Source: a virus (lineage: Duplodnaviria > Caudoviricetes). Taken from it: a stretch of DNA of 35,949 nucleotides. The DNA lies in the IMG/VR virus record IMGVR_UViG_3300025803_000038, positions 1 to 35,949 of that record, one strand, 5' to 3'. Of this stretch, positions 27,901 through 34,703 are shown piece after piece. The first letter of the stretch is position 1; every line of letters starts with the position of its first letter. The position numbers and the translations under genes were made by a program. The notes under the pieces were generated by a model. The model saw nothing but the letters and a program-made list of their open reading frames with translations, was not told where the DNA came from and ran no database searches.

Positions 27901-28288
27901 TAAGATCAGGGTCACCGGCTTCAGAACCTGTATCAGTATCAACAACTACAGCAAGAGCATTAGATGTTGATCCTCTTACCTGTGTACTAAGGAAGTTATT
28001 TGCAGTTATAACGGTGTTTGTCGAATCTCTATCTCTTAACTTAACAAAGTTAACGATTTCAATCTTAGGCTCGACACCAGTAAGGATGGCGCCTTCTTTA
28101 TATACGTTTTCCCCAATTCTGTCTATTTGATTCTGCAGTATAGTCTGCATCTGGGTCAATTCACGACCCTGGACTGCTAGACCGGGACGGTACAAAATTC
28201 GATGATAGTTTTTGCTTTCATCGAAGTCATCATAATATGGATCTACATTAAAGTTTGTACTCAATGTAACTGTGTTAGCTATGGCCAT
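21959..28288 (-). CDS. Large VrlC-like (DUF4815-type) virion/baseplate structural protein
   Basis: 2109 aa. NVDPYYDDFD, RPGLAVQGRELTQMQTILQNQI, APGAARLK, LARRSYDTSGNF, RFKNGIIVDNF, IPFMRSR and DPIAQTF motifs; follows gp8. Confidence 0.88.
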   Translation of the reverse strand: MAIANTVTLSTNFNVDPYYDDFDESKNYHRILYRPGLAVQGRELTQMQTILQNQIDRIGENVYKEGAILTGVEPKIEIVNFVKLRDRDSTNTVITANNFLSTQVRGSTSNALAVVVDTDTGSEAGDPDLKTLYVKYVDTGATSTTGNTVFTANEIITANTGGYTANVATGASSRGLTQRVTISEGVVFAKDHFIRVPAQSLILGKYNTIGSYKIGLNIAETIVTNVEDSTLLDPASGSYNYAAPGAARLKLNPTLVKYEITANTGINFIELTRIENGFLVSNRPRTEFSRVNEHLARRSYDTSGNFVVEGLGVRLKEHLRQANNQGRFTTGANGDSNKLVVEVEPGTAFVKGYDLNILQTLPITINKATTYESIEDVAVTSNYGNYLVVKEAAGVWDVNTHNKVSLRDAAAHAVSNNVFSGTAARVGQEVGTARVRAIDYVSGTKGSSEAKYNLYLYDIETTSNTLSTVRSVHIDNTAASQANGVADIVLTSGEAALQEVDFNRAIYSLPVTSIKTIRDTTGNLDTNFTFLKEFDVTIASDGTFSVATGSAADRFPFGTGVLSDTNTRTNFHVVLNDEAVSSGTVDTGSMSAMANTVSGLTNADTKFNIGDRIAFAGHSNTFIVTAVTSTTLSTEEIAYGAISSANITKSFKPGQVIDMAGVGGDGSDRTINVTSTTGADFDIQETLSSTVSATVITELQRVDGQEIAKDYRSNRYVQLTVNQSDGTNNTSGPWNLGLSDGHKIVEVRKKTGNTLFTTTTEGTVVTTDFILDSGQTDNLYKHSKLKLAPGKTASAGDVYLVKMNFFTHDTSQGIGFFSVDSYPIDDANVANTTAITTQEIPLYVSPVNGAAYDLRNSIDIRPRIQDTANNVTSLTNITTNPPAGSTIVSPAGGLKFMAPNETANFDLDYYIGRRDLISMDSSGAIKITSGTPDITPVYPNEPDGHLPLAQLNITPYPSLSTYVGQTYKRTDLACKVIPTRIERFTMRDIGRIKDRLDRVEYYTRLSLLENEATNLKFATASGVDRFKNGIIVDNFNGHNIGNPHDPNYKISIDRARGELRPPFTLNNIDLSYQSSNSSNVIIGPRDARITVGGTDKFTINETVTAGAASGKVAYQVGRRVYLQSVSGTFAVSATATGGTSSSSGTISEVYVPPVGKLASITYAHRKVIRQPYASTTRNAAGLFWKFLGQITLSPNSDFWCETVRAPDLVINQDNTNDNIAAGQSSWTTDWGNWETTWSGSTTQDVGDTVVSVEGRNNNVADSGVNVLKVVEYQEQLTSITEQQVRTGIQSTVVPKTTTKNIGSSVINTDVIPFMRSRVVNVEGRGFKPNARLYAFFDGIDVNAYVAPTTSAYANTANEGAALVTDSNGDIYCRFRVPNDNSLSFRAGSRRFRLSDSITNEKGAGLVTTSGEATYSSEGKTETVRDTIISTRTYEVVQTTVTDTRTITSESSEFVKSAEHILELDYLGQNPDGSGRIGVTDLTETFDANTEFAEVFEPSIGSNPEDQFNLLLSDVQLFREQKSLNYPGYDCPNGQDDPIAQTFIMDNFNDFVLSSGGYLTKIDLFFATKDATRPVFVEIREVAAGGGFITDKILPFSRVTVEAADINTSSNGGAPTPVYFSTPVFLARNKEYAIIVRPAANNPNTSLYVSRLGGTDLITGERINKQPYVGTLFASSNARQWSAIQEEDLKFNLYIANFAKNSTATAVFKNEDREFFQVTGSNTFSTVGEQVVGHTTIVGTSALSVNTNFVLVGNTSGANATVISQSSNTIVLKDVSLVNKFTAGERVNVVINGIKQPTHTTIHSVSTPSGNVIYYDGVNHNGNTVLHLDNASGTFTTGMQLKGQINGYTTTIKSLDKIEVDTMRLNLSSLQFEESTVSATTKLNTTATTRDTAFRALNQNRNTNFRTPKYVLGKTLESTNIGGAKSAEVRVSMSTSNPIIGPVLDLERINLTLVNNTVNNTVANETNADSGDALARYITRTLTLADGQDAEDIRVRLRAYKPSTTGINVYYKILNKDDSDAFKDRDWVLMNQTTVSTVYSSNEDENDFKLYDFEVPTANLSGGSNEIQYVNSQGVTYTGYKYLAIKIVLTAQSSGVVPKVDEMITVALQA

Positions 28289-28299
28289 CTCTTATCCCG

Positions 28300-29829
28300 T
28301 TAATACTGCAATGTTATTTTAATATCTTCTATTTGATCAAACGTTCTTATAGACACTGGTCTATTTTCTATATAAAGAATGTCACCTTTGTACGGTTGCA
28401 GTTCTCCAAGTATTGTTGAAGTTACGTTACCTGTCACTCCTGACGTATTACCTGTTATCTGTTCGTTTTGGAATGTACCATTCAACGCCAGAACTTTAAT
28501 ATCACCAGCAGTTAAACTTGTATTAGCAAAATATACTACCCTTGCTGTTGCTCCAGACAATGCACCTGTCAATATTTCATCACGTTGAGGTGCGCCATCC
28601 ATGTTTATAACTCTTAACTTGGTTGTTGTATCATACGCTGTATCAGTAGCTGAAGAGCCGTTTGCTAGCAGCGGATTTTTCAACAAACCAAGCATTCTAA
28701 AATCGTTATTAGAAGGCAAATTATTTCCTTCTGTACCAGAGAGTCTTACGCTTAACATTAAGTTGTGAGCGCAAAGTTCATCTACTGGATCTGAACCATG
28801 ACCACCGGGTGGTGAGATTCTTGGTGTTGCAGTAGCACCTGATCCTTGTGGTGCAGTAATATGTACGTTAGCTTTAGAATACTTTGTTCCTACATTCACC
28901 ATATTTATGCGTTTAATCTGACCAGATTGAACGTTAGCATAAGCAGTTGCATTTAACCCGTCACCTGTAATCGTAATTAAAGGGCTGATATGGAATAAGC
29001 TTGACGAATTAGGTGTTACACTAAATGCTGTATTTACAGTTAACGTTTTAGTATCACCGACATAATCTGCTACGGTTCTTATTTGACCTGCACCTAACCC
29101 CGATGATATAAAAATGGTAGCGCCGGTATAATAGTCGTCAACAGAGCTTGCACTTCCGTCAAGTACTACAACAGATGAATTAGTTACACTTCCTATTGTA
29201 TTAGCTCGCTGTACGTAACCAGAACCATTAGCAGTGACATCAATAACATGAATAGCGCCGTTAACTGCCGCAGCTTGTACATCCCATTGTGCACTGCTAT
29301 CATCAGAAGTCAATCTTTTGATAGGCATGTAATATGGGGTTAAAAATTTAAGAGCTTCTGCAGCAGAAATACTATACATAAACTTCCACTTATAACCATC
29401 TGCTGTATCAAATATACTGGTACTTGTACCGGATGGCTCTACAGTTGAAGTAGCGCCTCTATTGTTAAAGATGCACTTATAGACATTATCTGCTGAAGTT
29501 TTTACATAGAATGTATTATCTTGATGAGTATCTAAATCTACAAGGTTATCATATTCATCATATACTCTTCCTGTAACCCAATCAACACGCTCAATAGCGA
29601 ACGAAAAGTCGTTGGTAGTTACTTTCTTAACACCAAGCATATCATGCCAAGGATCATAATCTGTATAGGATGTTGATTCAACTCTTACAGGTATAGTATC
29701 ACCGTTCGGCCATGGCTGAACTTTACCTATAAACAAATACAGGTAATCCGGCGACGTCTCAGTAAACGCTTCTTTAAATTGTTCAGCGTTATAGATCTTA
29801 AATCTTCTTGTAACCAGACCAGTGGCCAT
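28300..29829 (-). CDS. gp8: Baseplate wedge subunit (gp8 homolog, long form)
   Basis: YLFIGKVQPW, NVYKCIFN, STVEPSG, TADGYKWKFMYSI, ISPPGGHGSD, GDILYIENR, QIEDIKI; ATG at 29829 with GGAG RBS. Confidence 0.9.
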   Translation of the reverse strand: MATGLVTRRFKIYNAEQFKEAFTETSPDYLYLFIGKVQPWPNGDTIPVRVESTSYTDYDPWHDMLGVKKVTTNDFSFAIERVDWVTGRVYDEYDNLVDLDTHQDNTFYVKTSADNVYKCIFNNRGATSTVEPSGTSTSIFDTADGYKWKFMYSISAAEALKFLTPYYMPIKRLTSDDSSAQWDVQAAAVNGAIHVIDVTANGSGYVQRANTIGSVTNSSVVVLDGSASSVDDYYTGATIFISSGLGAGQIRTVADYVGDTKTLTVNTAFSVTPNSSSLFHISPLITITGDGLNATAYANVQSGQIKRINMVNVGTKYSKANVHITAPQGSGATATPRISPPGGHGSDPVDELCAHNLMLSVRLSGTEGNNLPSNNDFRMLGLLKNPLLANGSSATDTAYDTTTKLRVINMDGAPQRDEILTGALSGATARVVYFANTSLTAGDIKVLALNGTFQNEQITGNTSGVTGNVTSTILGELQPYKGDILYIENRPVSIRTFDQIEDIKITLQY

Positions 29830-29853
29830 TAGTAACTCCAAAAAATATAGAAA

Positions 29854-29861
29854 TATTTATC
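29854..29861 (-). promoter_or_regulatory. Late promoter variant GATAAATA upstream of gp8
   Basis: 7/8 match in the intergenic gap. Confidence 0.65.
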
Positions 29862-29869
29862 ATGTTTTT

Positions 29870-32170
29870 TTAACTGTGTTCAACAGTAGGTGCACCAACT
29901 TGCGTCTCAATATGTTCACTATTAAACGTACTTGATTGCAGTTGAGTTACTGTGTTAGCTTCATAACTTACTACAAATGCGTCAGCTAATGTTCTTGTTT
30001 CGTTATATGCTAATGTTGGATAATCAATAAAGAACAAGACTTCAGGTGTACCAATACCTAGCGTTGATGGTATAGTATTGAGATTAGCACCGCCAACAAA
30101 TGTTTCTATTACAGGACCTGGTATCGACAACGTACTCAGTACCTGTAAATACCCTTCACCTTCTGCACTAGACAATACAGGTATAATATCTAGTATTGGG
30201 ATTCCGACTTGTGGATTCGGATAGTATGTGTTAAAGGTAATACTCTGTAGTTGTGAAATTGTATTACCAGTAAAGGCATTGATCGGTGCTATAGCATATG
30301 TTCCGTCAGGATCATATTCTATAGATGTAGGACTGATTGTTGGAGTAACTTGAGCTGTTCCAAACGTCAATGCAGATTCTACAGGTATCAGTTCTGCTCC
30401 ACCTAGAGTCATATCTATTTGAGCATCTGTAGAAACAATAGTAGACGGTGTAAACGTATGAGTAATATTATGAATCAACATTGCGTCATTTTCATGAGCT
30501 TCTGTTGATGTTATAGATTCTACGTCGCCAATAACATACTGTACACTTGTAGTACCAAAGTCTAACGTTGATTCAACAGAATCCGCTACTGCAAATTCAA
30601 TAGAGTAGTAAATGTAAGTATTAGATGAAAATGCTATTGCAGCGTTTGACTGAATTAGTAAATCGCCAAATACATTAGTACCAGCTGGATGGAGTAGTTT
30701 CTTAACTATTTCGCGATATGTATTTGTTGATTGTTTAGATCTTAGTACATAAGCAAATTGCTGATAATAATAGTTATCTTGAAGTTTATTATTCCATGAT
30801 ATAAAACCTTTTGTATCAGTGTATTTGCCGTTATAATCAACAATACCGGTAACTTCAGGAGCAGCAGTTCCATTTTGAGCTGATCTTGTTACGTTTGTAA
30901 CAGTTAATGGATCAATCCTGCTGTAACCTGTGCCGCTGTTATCTACCGAAGCACTTGTGATTGAACCACCTGCATTGTTAGCAACAACAACAGCATTAAA
31001 ACCTTTAATACCACCTGACCCATCCGGTAAATTTTGATCTGCTACATCGTCTTGTCTTATACTTACAGTAGGTACCGTTGTATAACCAGATCCTCTTGAT
31101 GTTGCTGACATAGAGGCTATAGTACCAACAGTGAGATTAGCAGTACCTAATGCTGCACTTAGTACAGTACTTGAGTTAGCAATGGATAAATTAGCTGAAA
31201 TCGCACCAGAGTTAGACGTTATGTACGTATTAGCATCAATACGAGTATTTTCCAAATCTGATACAGTATCTTGATAGATTTGTATTGTTTCAGTACTACT
31301 TAATGAATCAATAGAAAAGGCTGCACCGGTACCATCTCCACCAGTTAATGTAACAGTAGAATCTAAAGTGTAACCGCTACCACCATTAATAATAACCGGC
31401 ACAATACTAGAACCATCTACTGATAACACAGCACCGTTTGCACCGACACCTGATGCACTAATGTATTTTACTCTATCTCCTACTCTGTGACCTGATCCAC
31501 CAAAGTCCATGATAACATTTTCCAAAGGACCAATAGACGATAAAATTACACCGCTAAGATCTCCTTCAGTTGTTTGCACGGTTTCAGTATCTTGAAACGT
31601 GCCTCTTATATTGATAAGAAAAATTTCAAAAACCTCTACACCTTCTTCTAAAGTTTTAACAACTCTATCTACTTTTGCTGTAGCACCAGATGTTAACCCT
31701 TTAACATTTCTACCGCCAATGTTAAAAAGGTTACCTGTGAAAGGAGGAGAAAGTCTTAGAGATTTTTCCTGTGTCCATCTACCATCAGATACTCTAAGAA
31801 TATCATTTTGAGGATAATAGAATTCAACTTCATCATCGTAAAGAATTCGGAATAGCATTTTATATGCTTGCTCAGAACCTTTAGAACGGTATAAGTCTTT
31901 TATTCTAGAAATTAATAGCGCTTTATCAGCTAGAACATTTTCTGGAAAATCAGATAATACTTCGCGTTGAAAATATTTAATAAATTCATCGTCTGTAGTA
32001 TCAATATCACCGTACTTGAGAAGATTTTTTGAACGATCGGTAATTTGATTGGTTGTTTCCAACCATTCATAATAAGCACGCATAAATGCTTTGAACTTAG
32101 GACCCTCGGTATCTAAGAACTCAGGTAAAAGTTCATCTACAAGTATTGAAGACTTATTATCAGTTGCCAT
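29870..32170 (-). CDS. gp7: Baseplate wedge protein (gp7-like) with repeat-bearing C-terminal extension
   Basis: LPEF...FMRAYYEWLE, IKDLYRSKGSEQAYKMLFRILY, LQDNYYYQQFAYVL, VKKLLHPAG; between gp6 and gp8. Confidence 0.75.
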   Translation of the reverse strand: MATDNKSSILVDELLPEFLDTEGPKFKAFMRAYYEWLETTNQITDRSKNLLKYGDIDTTDDEFIKYFQREVLSDFPENVLADKALLISRIKDLYRSKGSEQAYKMLFRILYDDEVEFYYPQNDILRVSDGRWTQEKSLRLSPPFTGNLFNIGGRNVKGLTSGATAKVDRVVKTLEEGVEVFEIFLINIRGTFQDTETVQTTEGDLSGVILSSIGPLENVIMDFGGSGHRVGDRVKYISASGVGANGAVLSVDGSSIVPVIINGGSGYTLDSTVTLTGGDGTGAAFSIDSLSSTETIQIYQDTVSDLENTRIDANTYITSNSGAISANLSIANSSTVLSAALGTANLTVGTIASMSATSRGSGYTTVPTVSIRQDDVADQNLPDGSGGIKGFNAVVVANNAGGSITSASVDNSGTGYSRIDPLTVTNVTRSAQNGTAAPEVTGIVDYNGKYTDTKGFISWNNKLQDNYYYQQFAYVLRSKQSTNTYREIVKKLLHPAGTNVFGDLLIQSNAAIAFSSNTYIYYSIEFAVADSVESTLDFGTTSVQYVIGDVESITSTEAHENDAMLIHNITHTFTPSTIVSTDAQIDMTLGGAELIPVESALTFGTAQVTPTISPTSIEYDPDGTYAIAPINAFTGNTISQLQSITFNTYYPNPQVGIPILDIIPVLSSAEGEGYLQVLSTLSIPGPVIETFVGGANLNTIPSTLGIGTPEVLFFIDYPTLAYNETRTLADAFVVSYEANTVTQLQSSTFNSEHIETQVGAPTVEHS

Positions 32171-34062
32171 TAGAATACCGTCGAAATAACGCCTGAACCA
32201 ACTACTGTTGCACTGCTACCTTGTGTACTTACATTAGATGTTGAGGATGTTACCCGCTTAAGTTTGGTATCGTACAGGTTAATTTTTGCTTCTGTTATTG
32301 CAAGAATTTGATTTCTTACACTGGTGATATTATCAAATCTTGGTACAGCATAAACTTTTAATGCTGCGCCATCATAACCTGTTATTGTAACTTGGTTAAG
32401 AATTACTAATCCGGTATTATAATTAACAGTACCAGCCGTTCTGTTTGTATATACTCTTACATTTGATTCATCAATATAGTAAATTCTTACATTTCCAAAG
32501 CCGTCATCGTCGAGATAAGAACTAGCTTGGCCTTGGTAGGTAAATTTACTAGAGGATATAGTTAAACCTCTTCCTGGATGAGATGTAGGAGGTATTCTCA
32601 ATACTACACCGCCAGTAACGTTTAACAAAGGATCATTAAATGGAATCCTATATGTTGTAGGACCGGTTGTTACAGGTATAAAGTTTTTCATCATCTTAAG
32701 AGTTATTTCCATGCTAGAAATAGATTCATTAGCAGTATAAACGTCTCTTATTAATTCTGATGATGCATACTCTCTACCAAACGCTACAAGATCAGCAAGT
32801 TCATACTGTATAACTCTATTGCCAATAGTACTTACTATCGCACCGGCAGTTGATGTAGTAAGATCAGGATTATATTTTACATCTAGAGTCGGTACAACGA
32901 ACTTGTACGTAGGATCTGTTAACTCTGGTGATATAGACATTACATTCTTATTTGCAAGAAATGCTTGTATATCATCTTTTCTTGTCTGTGATATAAAGAA
33001 ACCTGTTTTAGGCTTAACAGAAATAAAAGCTTTTCCATATATGGGAGGATCGTTTTCTTGTCCACCCCAAACAGAAACAGCTCCAATATCACCGAAGTTA
33101 TTTTTAATTAAGGTCGTATAATCACCTGTAGTGACTGCTCTATTTTGAGCTTGATAATTTTTAGGGGCGTTAAACTTAATAGAAGCAATACTTTCTTGCT
33201 CAGCGCCACCTGCTGCACTTGCAGCTGTTTTCAGTGTAATATTACTATACCCGCCAATAGAATTTGGTGCAACAAATGTGTTTGCACCCTGAGTTGCTGT
33301 TCCGTTACAAACTCTATAACTTGCTACAACAATATTACCGTCATTTAAACGCTTACCGACTACATTATCACCAAATTTAAGCTCATACTTACCATCTTCG
33401 TTTTCATTTAAAAAGTAAGATTGAGTGTTTCCAGCAATTGCTGTATAGTCGCTAGCATTGTTCCATGTTGTCTGAGTAGTATTGGAAGTCGATTCTTGTA
33501 CTCTTACTTTAATACTTCTTGTATCCACATTCTCGTTTGGTATAATATAACGAATCGGTGACGCAGTACTTACTGTAAAGCGATAGGTAAATGGTCTGCC
33601 TTCAGTAATACTGAGATTAGTTGAATAAACACCTGATGGATTAGCGTTAACCACAGCAGCATCTGGATTAACATACAAATAGTTAACACCGTCAATTGTT
33701 GTGGTGAATTGTGTATCTGCAGGAATAGTAATACTATCTGGAGAATCGATTGGTGTAATAGTAACCTGTACAGTTGCTGTTGGGCCTTGAGCGGAACGCG
33801 GAGTATAGTTGAGCATTTTAGCTCTAGATACTACATTATTTCTAATCTGAGCAGAATCTAAGAACATTTCGTTCCCAACCATATTCAGATAGAAAGAATT
33901 TTTATACGTGTTATAAGCAAGCAAGTTCAACAATATTTGCATTGTCGAACCTTCGTAGTTGTAGTCTCCTAGCTCAGTTTGATTAGATAGAAACGTTTTG
34001 AGATCATTCTTGATACCATCAAAGTCTATACTAGTCAGCTGTAGTGCGTTGTTTGCGGCCAT
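32170..34062 (-). CDS. gp6: Baseplate wedge subunit (T4 gp6 homolog)
   Basis: DFDGIKNDLKTFL, LLAYNTY, NEMFLDSA, IKFNAPKNYQAQNRAVT, VWGGQENDPPIYGK. Confidence 0.96.
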   Translation of the reverse strand: MAANNALQLTSIDFDGIKNDLKTFLSNQTELGDYNYEGSTMQILLNLLAYNTYKNSFYLNMVGNEMFLDSAQIRNNVVSRAKMLNYTPRSAQGPTATVQVTITPIDSPDSITIPADTQFTTTIDGVNYLYVNPDAAVVNANPSGVYSTNLSITEGRPFTYRFTVSTASPIRYIIPNENVDTRSIKVRVQESTSNTTQTTWNNASDYTAIAGNTQSYFLNENEDGKYELKFGDNVVGKRLNDGNIVVASYRVCNGTATQGANTFVAPNSIGGYSNITLKTAASAAGGAEQESIASIKFNAPKNYQAQNRAVTTGDYTTLIKNNFGDIGAVSVWGGQENDPPIYGKAFISVKPKTGFFISQTRKDDIQAFLANKNVMSISPELTDPTYKFVVPTLDVKYNPDLTTSTAGAIVSTIGNRVIQYELADLVAFGREYASSELIRDVYTANESISSMEITLKMMKNFIPVTTGPTTYRIPFNDPLLNVTGGVVLRIPPTSHPGRGLTISSSKFTYQGQASSYLDDDGFGNVRIYYIDESNVRVYTNRTAGTVNYNTGLVILNQVTITGYDGAALKVYAVPRFDNITSVRNQILAITEAKINLYDTKLKRVTSSTSNVSTQGSSATVVGSGVISTVF

Positions 34063-34063
34063 T

Positions 34064-34480
34064 TTACCTTGTTCTCTCTATTTCTAGACCAACAGTTATT
34101 GGTTGTGCTTCGTTCACTACGTAGAAACTGATACCAACTTGAACTCTATTAGAATTTGGAGAAGCTACGACCTTAACATCGCTTATTCTCGCTCTTGGCT
34201 CGTAGTTTCTTATTGCAGTCTTAATATCTTCTTCAATGTTAACCTGCTCGATAGGATCAAAATTTTCAAACAGTCTGCTGCGAATATCAGCGCCAAATAA
34301 AGGATCGTAAGGTCTTTCAAATCTATTAGTTAAGATTAGATTTTTTAACGCGCCTACGACAGCGTCAGCGTTCTTTTTTACTGAAACCTTACCAGTTACA
34401 GGATGTGCAGTCATAGTCACACTCAGGTCACTAAACTGCACCTCTTTCCTTAACGGATTGATTGATCCTGATTTGGCCAC
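34064..34480 (-). CDS. gp25: Baseplate wedge subunit (T4 gp25 homolog)
   Basis: FSDLS, LKNLILTNRFERPYDPLFGADIRSRLFE, IRNYEPR; GTG start with GAGG RBS. Confidence 0.95.
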   Translation of the reverse strand: MAKSGSINPLRKEVQFSDLSVTMTAHPVTGKVSVKKNADAVVGALKNLILTNRFERPYDPLFGADIRSRLFENFDPIEQVNIEEDIKTAIRNYEPRARISDVKVVASPNSNRVQVGISFYVVNEAQPITVGLEIERTR

Positions 34481-34501
34481 TGTTATTCCTCAATTGATCG
34501 A

Positions 34502-34690
34502 TTATTTATCAGGGCTACTAGCCTCGTTTTTAGCATCTTGGATTTCCTTTCTACGAGTTTTCGTCAGCTTTCCAAGTTCTGCTAATGCTTTACGTGCTCT
34601 AGTTCCTGCTGCTTTATTACCAGAAGATACAAATTTCTCGTTTTCTGTAACATAAGTTTCGAACAAAGATTTCATCATTTCATGTGTCAT
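34502..34690 (-). CDS. Small basic protein resembling the histone H1-like Hc1 family
   Basis: GNKAAGTRARKALAELGKLTKTRRKEI matches the Hc1-type N-terminal motif GNKAAxxRAR; AGGAG RBS. Confidence 0.7.
   Translation of the reverse strand: MTHEMMKSLFETYVTENEKFVSSGNKAAGTRARKALAELGKLTKTRRKEIQDAKNEASSPDK
34503..34510 (-). promoter_or_regulatory. Late promoter variant GATAAATA upstream of gp25
   Basis: 7/8 match overlapping the stop codon of the upstream small ORF. Confidence 0.55.
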
Positions 34691-34703
34691 AGTTTAACTC
34701 CTA

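Noticed and set aside
21959-28288. VrlC as a virulence factor
   Set aside because: The name is historical; context indicates a virion structural protein.
51-34655. Numerous plus-strand ORFs in the track
   Set aside because: All lie antisense to well-supported minus-strand genes, lack recognisable motifs and reflect codon bias of the real genes.
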